Shown here: one piece after another, positions 7,967 to 17,609 of the stretch | Numbering within the stretch: the first letter of the stretch is position 1 | Layout: each line of letters begins with the position of its first letter | Source: a virus | Strand: one strand, 5' to 3' | Length of the DNA: 53,905 bases | Virus record (IMG/VR): IMGVR_UViG_3300009964_000006 | The notes under the pieces: generated by a model | Databases searched by the model: none | What the model was told of the DNA's origin: nothing | The model's input: the letters and a program-made list of their open reading frames with translations, nothing else | Position numbers and translations under genes: made by a program

Positions 7967-9087
7967 GGCTTAATGGTCAAATGTACTCCTGAAAGGGGGC
8001 AAAAATGCTCTCTTTTTCATTTAATGGTCAAATGTACTCCTATAATAGTTGAACTCCCTAGTGTTTATCGGGGTTGTAAGCCCCTAATATGTTTCCAATA
8101 AGCAGTTCTCGCTTCTCTTTCGAAAGTCCACGATGAAGACGCAATCTCATCTTCAATACAGAGTTAAGAGATTCAATAGCATTGTTAGTGCGTGGAACTT
8201 GATCGGCAGGGAAATTCTCAAAGGTAAATAGTGCATTTAGATTGCGTTTTAAACTATAAAAAGCACTTCTCATTCTTCTATGAGTGAAGTGACATTTGCC
8301 ATCTTCACTATAAGACTTCTCTTGCAAAAAATATTTCCACTTTTGCTCCCATTTTTCAAGAGATGTCTCAAAGTCTAGACGACTGGATTGTGTAAGTTGA
8401 TGCGCCAATGCCTTGAGTTCTTTGGCCGCAGGTAAGCGAGGATTAGTGGTGAGCAAATGTCTTATTCGCTGAAGCTGATGAAACTGACAATACTGATAAG
8501 GTATTTCAGGAAATGCTTCCTTAATACCTGATAATGCGTCACTTACAATGGCTCTGATTGTAAATCCTTGATCTTGGAGACAGGAAATTCCAGCTTGATA
8601 ATCAGAAATTCTCTCCTTACCACGTAAGAAGCGATAATGCAAGACTTTGTGTGTTGTTGCATTCATAAAAATGACTACTCCAAAGTTTCGCCCCCAATAG
8701 GTGGCATCCATTTGTAGCGTTATAGCAATGGGATGAATTCTGCAAGAAACATCCTGATTTTGGGGTACGTTTTTGAGATATCGTTGTAGGGTAGAAACTG
8801 AAATACCATATTTTTGAGCTGTTTCAAGCAATGTATGGCGCCCTTGTAAATAGAACTCAACAATGGCTGCCTTATTAGGCTTTTCACGACCACTAAAATA
8901 GCATTGACAACTCTTGCAATACCAATACGAGGAACCACGTTTAACTCCTTTGCGGATTACATCATGAGAACCGCATTTCTGGCACTTTTTTTATGATGAT
9001 TTTCCATTATAGCATTATAAACACCTGCAAAGGTATGAAAAAGAGAGCATTTTGCCCCCTTTCAGGAGTACATTTGACCATTAAGCC
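7967..9087 (-). mobile_element. Insertion sequence, 1121 bp, IS1595-family-like (ISPna2-group-like)
   Basis: Terminal inverted repeats of about 53 bp (7967..8020 vs 9035..9087, one 1-nt indel) with termini starting GGCTTAATGG. An extra subterminal copy of TTAATGGTCAAATGTACTCC lies at 8021..8040. 8-bp TSD and a single transposase ORF with an N-terminal zinc ribbon. Confidence 0.9.
8058..9007 (-). CDS. IS transposase (zinc ribbon + DDE-type core); needs a -1 shift or one extra A in the A7 tract at 8986..8992
   Basis: ATG 9007 gives MENHHKK, then A7G. The -1 frame continues KCQKCGSHDVIRKGVKRGSSYWYCKSCQCYF...HTLLETAQKYGISVSTLQRYL...DATYWGRNFGVVIFM... to the stop at 8058. The track ORF 8058..8831 begins at an internal TTG. 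Confidence 0.75.
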
Positions 9088-9095
9088 GGAAATTT
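9088..9095. repeat. Target-site duplication GGAAATTT (right copy)
   Basis: See 7959..7966. Confidence 0.9.
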
Positions 9096-12000
9096 CATCT
9101 AATGACATATTAATGCCAGCCGAAGACAATTGTTTCTGTGCTTCCTGCTTTACTTCGTTAAGCCTCAATGCTTCGGTGGCTTCCTGGTTTCGGGCAACAT
9201 TTAGCCTTTCTTGTGCATCTGCCGCTTCTTTAAGCCTTCTATTATGTTCTCTTGTCTTTTCTCCTATGAAGTTCCAAATACCTTGTTGTTTGCCGAGTTC
9301 TTCGTCGATAGCATTTATTTTTTCAGAAACGACCTGCATTTGGTCGATAGGAAGATTTCCACTGCTTAAAAGGTCCTGTAATTGGTCTCTTAATCCCAGC
9401 AAGTAGTCTTTCGTATGACCCTGCAAATCAGAGAAAATGCCATTCCAATCAATACTTGTGTTTATATTGTCTTCTTTGGCTTTTTCTATCTCCTTATCAC
9501 GCTGCATCTGTAAAGTGGCTTTTTCTCCAACAGATTTAGCGTTTTGCATTTTCTCTTCGTACTCTTTTGTAATAGCAAGTTTCTTTTCCTCGAATGAACC
9601 GTACTCTTTAAGATAACTATTTAATGCATCTACTTCTTCCTGCTGCCATTTTTTGCGCTGTGCGGTATATTCTTTATCCGCCTTACTTATCAACGATTGT
9701 AAGTAACTTTCCTGGTCTGTGGTGAGCTTTATCTCCTTGTAACTCTTTTTACCCTCTTCGGTGTCAGAATAAACTTTTGTTTTGTCAGTGTTTTTATTAT
9801 CCCAATCTCTCTTATTTTCGTCATATTTTGCCTTACGTAGGTCATCAGCTTCCTTGCGTACTTGTCGTATTGTCTTATCATATTGCAGCTGGTAAGCGGC
9901 ACGTTCTTTCTCTCCTGCATCAGTGATTGATGCAATACGTTCTTCTTCTTTTGCTTCAGCTGCTTTTATAGCATCTTCTTCTTCCTTATTTTTTCTTGTT
10001 ACATTAGATTCAAATACATACTCTCTTTTTTTTGCTGCTTCCTCTTCTGCTTTGTTGGCTTCTGTGGCTCGTTTCTTCGCTTCTCTTTCAGCCTGCTTCT
10101 GCTTTCTTTTAGCCTCTGCCTCTGCTTTCTTTTTTTCTTTTTGAGATGTTTTAATCTCTTGCTGTGTAGTACTGCCACTTAGGGATTTGTACGCTTGTTC
10201 CGCATCTTCGTATTTTTTCTTTGCCGTTGCAACATCAGACACCGAACCTCTTTTTTTCGCTTTCTCGTATTCAGCCTTAGCTTCTGCTGCTTTTTTTCTT
10301 GCATCTTTAACCGCCTTAGTCCATTTAATATTATTTTCTTTTTTTGTCGGTTTTATTCCATAAGCTATTTCATTCTTCTCTTCTTTGGAGATGCCATTCA
10401 TAGCGGCAAATTGGTCCAGTGCTTCATCTGCTGATACCTGCGTTTGCCTCATATAATTGGCATCAGAGATACCACTTGTAGAAAAAAACGAACTATGTAT
10501 GGGTCTTATCATACTGCGAACTGTAGTCTTTTTCCCATTGAAGATTATCCGTTGGTCAAGTCCACTCCCTGTTGCAGCATATTGGTTTACAAATCTCATC
10601 AACAGATTAGCTGTTTGTTGCCCATAAGCTCTAGCCAAAGCACCCCAAAGTTCTCCTCTTCTTTTTTGTATATCATCTTGCGCTGCCGCTGTGTTCTTGT
10701 CGTAGAATTGCTTTAACTGTCGTGCGGCTACACTCTTGCGAATTGCAGCTGTCAGTCTGTCGTATGAGGACGTCAATGTACCTGTACGGTCAATCTCGGC
10801 TGCAAGTCTACTGTCATATTGCCCATATTGTTCAATAATAGCATCTTTCGCTGCCTTCCATTGCTTAGTACCTTTCTTTGCCTGTTCTAATTCTGCTCTT
10901 AAGCCATTAAGCTTGTTTATTTCAATTTCAGCTGACCTTGCCACATCTCTATTAGCCTCGTCTAATCTGTCTTGTGCTGCTGAAGTGGCATCAGCCCTCT
11001 TTGAAACTTCCCATACTGCCATTCCAAATGCAGCGATGGCTGCCGCTGCAAGAACATAAGGATTAACAAGCAATGTAGCATTTAAAGATGCTACTTGTTT
11101 TTGTAATATACCCGTAACTACACTTAAAGATGTCGTTCCTGCTATTGATGCTGCACGTGAGATTACCATTGCCTTTTCGAGTGCGATATTCAAGATTAAC
11201 CCTGTGCGATACACTCCGTATGTAAGTATTAGACCTTCGAGTATCTTTCCTATTGTTTCATAGTTTTCTACGAGGAAAGTACCTGCCTGCACGGCTTTCA
11301 TTACGACACCTTCACCTTTCTTTCCTATCTCATTGAACATATTATCAAAGCTCTCCTGCAACATTGAAATCTGCCCGTTGAGCGTCTTTGCGCCCTCTGA
11401 TGACATACCAAAGAACTTACCTCCTGCCGATGTAGCAGATATAAAGGCATCCTGCACCATCTTTGAAGTGATAGCACCTTTCGACATCTCGTTTTTGAGT
11501 TCACCGATAGATTTACCCGTCTTGCGAGCGATTTCCTCAAGCGGGTTGAACCCAGCATTGACCATTTGCATGAGGTCCTGTCCCATCAACTTTCCTGCAC
11601 TACTCATCTGTGAGAAAGCAAGTGCAAGAGAGTTGAATTTACCAGTATCGCCCATAGAAATGTCGCCTATAGCCTTTAGATAGTCTATTGACTTTTCCGC
11701 CTCTATTCCAAAGGAAGTCATCATCTGTACCGCACCGACCATATCCTTTGTATTAAGCGGAGAAGCAAGAGCATACTCTTTAATTTGTCCCATTAAGTTA
11801 TCAAGTCGTTGCTGACTACCACCTAATAAGACCTTAAGAGAAGTCTCCATACTCTCAAACTCACCTCGTACGGAGATTATATGGCTTGCAAGTTCCTTTA
11901 GCCCCATACCGCCTATCACCATGCCGCTAATAGACTTTAATTTGCTTGTCAGCAAATTCATCGTATCTGCAGTTCCTCCGCCCTCTTCTCTAAGTAAAGC

Positions 12001-12492
12001 ATATTCATCACGGAGTCTTTTTACTGATAAACGTGCAGTAGCTTGTTCTTGGGTAAGGTCAAATAAAGCGTACTTCTGCTCTGCAAGTGCATCTTTCGCT
12101 TCTTTCAGCTTTGTAGCTATTGGAGAAATAGAACGCTCATATTTTCCCATTGAGCGATATTGTTCTGTAAGTGTCCTAATCTCTTCTTTGGTGTCTGCGA
12201 TAATCTTCTTTTGCTTTATTATCTCTTCTGCAAAATGATTTACACTTTGCGATGCGTCAAAAATCTTCTTTTTGAAGTCTCCCTCGATAACAGCGGATGC
12301 CTGTGCGATTCTACCCGTTACGCTGTTTAACTCTTTAGAAGTTGTCTGTAGTTTATCGTTGAGATTATTAAAGGAAGTAGGATTCTGAATAGCATCAGTA
12401 TTCTTTATTTCCTGCTTTAACTTATTAATCTCATCTCTTAATTTTTGGACTTTCTCCCAATCTGCTTGTATCTCGAATTTTAACTTTGCCAT
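9088..12492 (-). pseudogene. Tape measure protein, N-terminal fragment (1135 native codons)
   Basis: Track ORF 9007..12492. Its last 26 codons (GLMVKCTPERGQNALFFIPLQVFIML) are read from the IS end. Long coiled-coil, Lys/Glu-rich, with a hydrophobic central segment; lies downstream of the chaperone genes. Confidence 0.85.
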
Positions 12493-12494
12493 AC

Positions 12495-12752
12495 CTATTT
12501 ATTTCGTCTTCTGTTTGCGAGTTCCTTTCCACTTATTTTCCTTACCACATCTCCCACTGCTTCGTGTTGCTTGTCTCGCTGCATAACGACAAGATTTCGG
12601 TATGGAATTTGATTAACCACTTCATCGTATGTTAGATGCAAGCTATCTATAAACGATGCTATTTGCCCTAAAAGGGTCTTATTCCCGACTATTTCGGTGT
12701 TGCTGCCAGTAGGCTTGCGTTCTTCGTCAAACTGACAGCTTTCAAGAAAGGG
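12495..12752 (-). CDS. -1 frameshift extension of the tail assembly chaperone (gpT-like part of a G/GT pair)
   Basis: Slippery heptamer C_CCT_TTC (plus-strand GAAAGGG 12746..12752) lies in the zero frame of the chaperone. The -1 frame is open from there (LESCQFDEERKPTGSNTEIVGNKTLLGQIASFIDSL...RRRNK) to TAG 12495..12497, 2 nt before the TMP ATG. Confidence 0.65.
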   Translation of the reverse strand, partial: PFLESCQFDEERKPTGSNTEIVGNKTLLGQIASFIDSLHLTYDEVVNQIPYRNLVVMQRDKQHEAVGDVVRKISGKELANRRRNK

Positions 12753-13075
12753 TCTATCCCTATCATATCAAATACAGATAAAAGTGCATCTATAACCTCT
12801 GCCATAGTACCTTCAGAGAGTTCCTCTGAAATACTTAAGTCTCCTTTAATAAACCAAGAGAGCGCACGTGAATAGGCTTCTGCATCTTTACCCGATAATA
12901 TCATATCTTTCAACGTCCCATCTTCCTTAAATTCTATATCACTCAAATTTAAAATAGCCCCAGCGATTCGTTTTATAGTGGGAGACGGAACAGGGTATGC
13001 CTTGCCATTTACATACACAATGGCATAATCATTTCCAGTTATTGCACCTGATACTAATTTACTTGCTCTACTCAT
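12689..13075 (-). CDS. Tail assembly chaperone (gpG-like)
   Basis: 128-aa acidic ORF (ATG 13075, MSRASKLVSG...) between the major tail and TMP genes. The track start at 13117 is an upstream alternative start. Confidence 0.7.
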   Translation of the reverse strand: MSRASKLVSGAITGNDYAIVYVNGKAYPVPSPTIKRIAGAILNLSDIEFKEDGTLKDMILSGKDAEAYSRALSWFIKGDLSISEELSEGTMAEVIDALLSVFDMIGIDPFLKAVSLTKNASLLAATPK

Positions 13076-13149
13076 AAATGAAAAATAAAAAAAGGGCGGA
13101 GGTGGTCTTTTTGCCACGTTCCACCCCGATGTTATCCTGAAACCTTACC

Positions 13150-13725
13150 CTATGCCAAAGCCTTAACCTCTGACTCGTCAAAGTTATACTCTGATGATAC
13201 GCCATCAACAATAGGAACCTGAACAAGACCTTTGACTGCAATAGCGATAGCCTTGTCGGTGTTTGCCTCACGTGCTACAATCTGACAGTTAGGGAAGATG
13301 AACCATACATCATCTTCAGTCAGACAGAATAGAGCCTTTTTGATGACAACCTTGTCAGTAGCTCGCTTCCAACCTACAATGTCATCTTTGTCAGCACCTG
13401 CACCGCCTTTCTTGATGACTTCACCACCCATAAGAGCAGCTTTGGCAGCGTAGTCATACTGACCGATTGAGAACTGAGGGGTAATCTCTCCTTGAGTGGT
13501 GTCATAGCGGTATGCTTGACCCGTGAGCTGGTTCTTGTATGGAGTAACGGAAGCCTCGCTCTCTTCAATGTTCCATGTTTCGCCATGCACGTTCAGCACC
13601 TCATTCTTAGCTGTCTTAGCAGCCTTGATGATTATACTTGCACTTGCTGCGGTAAGGTCATTCTTGATTACGGAAATGTCAGCATAAAAAATCTTCTTAA
13701 TGCCGACAGCTGAAATTTTTCCCAT
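13150..13725 (-). CDS. Major tail protein
   Basis: 191-aa ORF immediately upstream of the chaperone/TMP genes, which is the conserved siphovirus order. Confidence 0.65.
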   Translation of the reverse strand: MGKISAVGIKKIFYADISVIKNDLTAASASIIIKAAKTAKNEVLNVHGETWNIEESEASVTPYKNQLTGQAYRYDTTQGEITPQFSIGQYDYAAKAALMGGEVIKKGGAGADKDDIVGWKRATDKVVIKKALFCLTEDDVWFIFPNCQIVAREANTDKAIAIAVKGLVQVPIVDGVSSEYNFDESEVKALA

Positions 13726-13727
13726 AT

Positions 13728-14120
13728 TTACGTTACGTTTAATGCGTTAAACAATATTCTACAATTAATAAAATGGCACTTCAAAGCAGTGTCCGCTTCA
13801 ATGTGGATAGTATCTATCTCATAGTTGTACCTTGTTCCATCAAACTCATCTGTTACGCTTTTGAAGAGTTTCTTTGCCTTTCGCTCCAACTCTTTTAATC
13901 GAAGTGTATTGGCAATTTTCACCCCCAAATCTGGAACACACAGATTGACTTCACAAAAACACTTCTCCCAATACTTGCTCGGGGTCTGTCCTTTCACGTG
14001 GATAGTAATGCGTTCATCTTTCAACTCCCCATTAATGGTTTTGCCGAAAGGAACTATCCCTATCCCAAACGCCTTGCAATCTCGGTAGAGAATATCTGCT
14101 ATGTCAGTAGTTACTATCAT
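13728..14120 (-). CDS. Tail terminator / tail completion protein (positional call)
   Basis: 130-aa ORF between the neck genes and the major tail gene, with tight coupling (4-nt overlap upstream). Confidence 0.5.
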   Translation of the reverse strand: MIVTTDIADILYRDCKAFGIGIVPFGKTINGELKDERITIHVKGQTPSKYWEKCFCEVNLCVPDLGVKIANTLRLKELERKAKKLFKSVTDEFDGTRYNYEIDTIHIEADTALKCHFINCRILFNALNVT

Positions 14121-14413
14121 TCAAACATTTCTTTTAGTTTCTTCTCTGCTCTCAATGCTGAACCGCTTAAAACTTCAAATCCCTTTGCCTCGACATAGGA
14201 GGCGTAAGGAGCGGTATTCTCTAATGTCAGTCCGTCTTTGTCTACATCGTATGTGTTGGACGTTCTCAAAATAAGAGTGTGGTCTTGGTATGTGCCGCTT
14301 TCCTCTGCATCCTTAACGGCTGCATCGCCCACGTCTATCATTCCTTTCTGAACCTCCCATTCTACATCATCAAAGAATTGGTCTACATCAGAGAAATCAC
14401 TATCTATAACCAT
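14117..14413 (-). CDS. HK97 gp10-like neck/tail-completion protein
   Basis: 98 aa. The motif APYASYVEAKGF resembles the YA.YVE.G signature of the HK97 gp10 family; position is consistent. Confidence 0.5.
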   Translation of the reverse strand: MVIDSDFSDVDQFFDDVEWEVQKGMIDVGDAAVKDAEESGTYQDHTLILRTSNTYDVDKDGLTLENTAPYASYVEAKGFEVLSGSALRAEKKLKEMFE

Positions 14414-14727
14414 AATTCAGAGTTATTGAAATAGTTAGCGTTCTTTACAATGTAAACCTTACCTTCTCCTCGTACGCTTTCCCCTTCAAGACATCTTACC
14501 TCTGTACCTGCTTTAATATCGACATTCATCTCACATACTACGTGGAAATTAGGTCTGTATACCTCACCATTAGGAGAGTTAAACTCTTTTGTTGTGTTAT
14601 CATCACAACGGCACTTACAGAGTGTTACCCACTCTTCACCTCCCGTGTTAGGGATTGGGTGTCCGTATTCGTCCTCTTGGAGTGGTGTAAACCTTTTAAC
14701 CTGCAATATGTGGGGTGCAAATATCAT
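14404..14727 (-). CDS. Head closure / head-tail adaptor protein (positional call)
   Basis: 107-aa ORF overlapping both neighbours in the connector block. Confidence 0.5.
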   Translation of the reverse strand: MIFAPHILQVKRFTPLQEDEYGHPIPNTGGEEWVTLCKCRCDDNTTKEFNSPNGEVYRPNFHVVCEMNVDIKAGTEVRCLEGESVRGEGKVYIVKNANYFNNSELWL

Positions 14728-15041
14728 AAGATGCGTATCTTCGGTTTATTGTCGTTGAGTTCGTCCTTCAATCCGTACTTCTTACAAAGGAGAGAATAAT
14801 AGTCCTTTACGCCTTGAGTGTTCCACGACATAGAGAAACCGCTCTCATTGATAGAAGTAGGACGAAGCAAAAGGGAAGGAATAAATCGGGCAATAGCAAC
14901 AGATATGGAATCTACGTTATCACTCATCACATCATCATCTATTGCTACTTTCGCATTGAGAGACATATCTAACAAGTCAGCCTCCGACACTTGTATGCCG
15001 AAAGACAGAAACTTGCTTGATATGTATTCCTTGACGTTCAT
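14724..15041 (-). CDS. Head-tail connector protein (positional call)
   Basis: 105-aa acidic ORF immediately after the major capsid gene (1-nt overlap). Confidence 0.5.
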   Translation of the reverse strand: MNVKEYISSKFLSFGIQVSEADLLDMSLNAKVAIDDDVMSDNVDSISVAIARFIPSLLLRPTSINESGFSMSWNTQGVKDYYSLLCKKYGLKDELNDNKPKIRIL

Positions 15042-16162
15042 TAGCCTAATTTGGAAAGGTCTGCGATAGCCATCTTATTAGGAATATTGATGTCGGGGAT
15101 AGCCTCGAAACCATACTCCATAAAACGCCCCTCGTCAGTTCGTTTAGATGAGATGAAACCTCTGCCATCTTCAATTTCTTGATAGGCACGACCATCATTA
15201 ACCTTGTCGGTCATTTCGTAAGGCTTCTTCCAACGCATAAAGCCAAGTTTGGTATTATCCGCCATCATAGGCAAGAATGAAATCTTGTCATCTGGGACGG
15301 CATTTACCATTTCACTCTCTGATGTTTGGATATACTCATCCTTGATACGGATTCGCCACGGCATGCCTACTGATTCGATAAGGCGGTTTACCATATCGGG
15401 AGTAACGATGCCACCTGTATTGAACTCCATATCACCAAACTTCATCGTAAATTTGCTTTGGAACTCCTTAGACGAAGCGATACGATTATTAAATGTGTGG
15501 CGATTCATTTCGGCTGTTGCGAAAAGCATACCCTTTGAACGTACCTTATCCACGAATTCCGTTTCAAGCCAAGAAAGGATGTTGTCCTTGTCGGCAGAAG
15601 CGGCTGTCTTTGTGTAGATAGGCAATTTTACTGTATCTACTGATACGCCCTGCTTGTTAGCCTTTCCATTTACCTTAGTAGAACCATTGAAACGCAAATC
15701 CCCCAACATAATATCAAGACGTTTCATAGGAGCAAGCATACATTGACGTACGTCATCAACCAAGAAGTTCACAATCTCGTCCATCTTAGCCGAAATAGCA
15801 TCGGTATTGCTCGACTGAATGCTCAACGTGTTATACTCCTCTATAAGCCATGTAAGACGTTCAAGACGAGTATTGTCCATTTGGTAAGCGTCGCCTAAGC
15901 AAGCCACCTCACCAAAACCACGTGTGAGAGCATGGCGTTTTCTGACAGGCTTCCCTGCATATCTGTCAATAACTGTACCTGCGATGACACCCACCTGTGT
16001 ACCCATATAAGTCTTGAAAGAACCATCGGGATTAGTTCTCTCATAAACAAGGTAGTCTTTCCAAAATACCTTGTCAAGTTCGCCCATAGTAACAATAGAA
16101 CGGTCTATCACCGCTTTGAGGAACTTAGGGCTATTCAGTAATGAATCTATTGTTAATAACAT
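15041..16162 (-). CDS. Major capsid protein (lambda gpE-like family by size and position)
   Basis: 373-aa ORF after the scaffold and decoration-like genes. Confidence 0.7.
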   Translation of the reverse strand: MLLTIDSLLNSPKFLKAVIDRSIVTMGELDKVFWKDYLVYERTNPDGSFKTYMGTQVGVIAGTVIDRYAGKPVRKRHALTRGFGEVACLGDAYQMDNTRLERLTWLIEEYNTLSIQSSNTDAISAKMDEIVNFLVDDVRQCMLAPMKRLDIMLGDLRFNGSTKVNGKANKQGVSVDTVKLPIYTKTAASADKDNILSWLETEFVDKVRSKGMLFATAEMNRHTFNNRIASSKEFQSKFTMKFGDMEFNTGGIVTPDMVNRLIESVGMPWRIRIKDEYIQTSESEMVNAVPDDKISFLPMMADNTKLGFMRWKKPYEMTDKVNDGRAYQEIEDGRGFISSKRTDEGRFMEYGFEAIPDINIPNKMAIADLSKLG

Positions 16163-16177
16163 ATATTCCTCTTTTTT

Positions 16178-16771
16178 TTAGATAAACATGAAACGTCCTG
16201 TGAGAGCCGCCTTATCTTCCTCTGTGAAAGGAATGTAAAGGTTGTCCTCAACGATTGAAAATGCACGACCAACCAATGCAACGGTATTCTCTTTTGCCAA
16301 GTTGCGCCAACCGAATGAAGCGAAGTTAGCTACATTCTTAGCCTTAGCGTCAGATGCACTCTTTGCCTCGGGAAGTACCTTACCAACTTCCAAATCAGCC
16401 TTTGTCGCTTCTTTGGTGGTAATTGTATCATAATCCTCATTAGAAGTGTCCACCGACTTTACAGTGATAACATTTGTCCCGTCAGAGAGTAACGTGCCCA
16501 CATTGATGAAGTCCGCAAAAGGACATTTAGCAATCTTGATGGTAGTCGCTCCTGTGGTAGCCTTTTCTACTACCTTGACACGAATGCACACTACCGCCTT
16601 GCGCTCTACCTTATCACGATAGATAGGCGTAAGTTCGGGCAACCATCCCTTATTAGGGAGATTACTCATGTCTAAGTCCATACCACCATCTGTGAGGCGA
16701 TATAGAGATTTCTCGTCGCAAACCTCCCTTTCGATAGGAGGCGTGGATTCAAACTTAATTCCTGCTGCCAT
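16178..16771 (-). CDS. Head decoration-like / capsid accessory protein
   Basis: 197-aa ORF between the scaffold and major capsid genes, the position of lambda gpD. Confidence 0.45.
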   Translation of the reverse strand: MAAGIKFESTPPIEREVCDEKSLYRLTDGGMDLDMSNLPNKGWLPELTPIYRDKVERKAVVCIRVKVVEKATTGATTIKIAKCPFADFINVGTLLSDGTNVITVKSVDTSNEDYDTITTKEATKADLEVGKVLPEAKSASDAKAKNVANFASFGWRNLAKENTVALVGRAFSIVEDNLYIPFTEEDKAALTGRFMFI

Positions 16772-16777
16772 AATGAT

Positions 16778-17437
16778 TTACTTTTTTTCGTTTTCTGTTT
16801 TGATAGCCTCGGTTCGCTTATTGACGCCATCCAAAAGACTATCCATATCGTCTTTGTGTTCGTGGTTTCCCTCTTCGGGAGACTTTGCGAACTGGAATCC
16901 ACCATTCTGCATCTCCTGCTTCACGTCCGTGAAGTACTGATTAAGGTCTACATCATCAGCGATTTGCTTTCCTTTATAGACATATTCAGGGATACCGAAT
17001 GATTTTGCCACTGCTGCAATCTGTTGGTTGCGAATGTTTGCCTTTTCTTTTGCGTCCATTGCAGCTAACTTCTCGCTCAATGTCTTGTTAGAGTCAATAA
17101 GACTTTGCGCCCACGCTGGCACTTGTTCCGTTGGATTTGATTGTGGAGTCGGTGTTGGTAGTGGGTCTTGTGGCTTTGGTTCCTCGATTGGCTTTCCGTC
17201 CTTGATGTTGTGCTTCTTCTCGTAGTTGGAAACTGCGGTTTTCTGCGCACCATCAGCCCGATAGTCGCCATAGCTTGTTAGTACGTCTTGAAAGGAGATA
17301 CCCTCAACGATAGAGTTTACCTTGCTCTCGTCCGTTACTCCTTCAGCTTTCTTGCTTGCAATGCGCTGAAGTGTGGCATCCTCAACCCCTTGAAATTTGG
17401 TTTTAAGTCCTGCCAAAATTTGTTCGTAAATGTTCAT
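16778..17437 (-). CDS. Scaffolding protein
   Basis: 219-aa charged protein with a Pro-rich linker (EEPKPQDPLPTPTPQSNPTEQ), downstream of the portal gene. Confidence 0.6.
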   Translation of the reverse strand: MNIYEQILAGLKTKFQGVEDATLQRIASKKAEGVTDESKVNSIVEGISFQDVLTSYGDYRADGAQKTAVSNYEKKHNIKDGKPIEEPKPQDPLPTPTPQSNPTEQVPAWAQSLIDSNKTLSEKLAAMDAKEKANIRNQQIAAVAKSFGIPEYVYKGKQIADDVDLNQYFTDVKQEMQNGGFQFAKSPEEGNHEHKDDMDSLLDGVNKRTEAIKTENEKK

Positions 17438-17474
17438 ACTTTATAAAGTGTTATCCTGAAACAATCTTTTGCAA

Positions 17475-17482
17475 CAAAGATA
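17475..17482 (-). promoter_or_regulatory. Bacteroidota -7 promoter box (TATCTTTG on the minus strand) ahead of the capsid module
   Basis: Plus-strand CAAAGATA, 38 nt upstream of ATG 17437 and just after a terminator. Confidence 0.5.
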
Positions 17483-17544
17483 CACATTATGAAAGGGAGA
17501 TTTGTGTTTTTCTGTAGCTTAGAAATGACAATAAAACGGTTGTA

Positions 17545-17578
17545 AGAAAAAGCCGCCTATACTCACGTACGGACGGCT
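17545..17578 (-). terminator. Rho-independent terminator after the portal gene
   Basis: Stem AGCCGCC / GG(A)CGGCT (17551..17557 / 17571..17578), with a T-run on the minus strand (plus-strand AAAAA 17546..17550). Confidence 0.55.
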
Positions 17579-17609
17579 GAAATAATACATAAACAGTTAT
17601 ATAATGAAG

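Noticed and set aside
8720-8938. 72-aa ORF overlapping the 5' part of the transposase gene in another frame
   Set aside because: The zinc-ribbon/HTH/DDE reading frame is continuous from 8985 to 8058 and explains the region. The overlapping frame has no recognisable features.
9923-12238. Several plus-strand ORFs (9923..10144, 10195..10434, 10444..10716, 10736..11059, 11333..11683, 11921..12238) antisense to the tape measure gene
   Set aside because: Their sequences are low-complexity (Ser/Phe/Ala/Cys-rich) shadows of a Lys/Glu-rich coiled-coil gene on the other strand. They show no start context or coupling.
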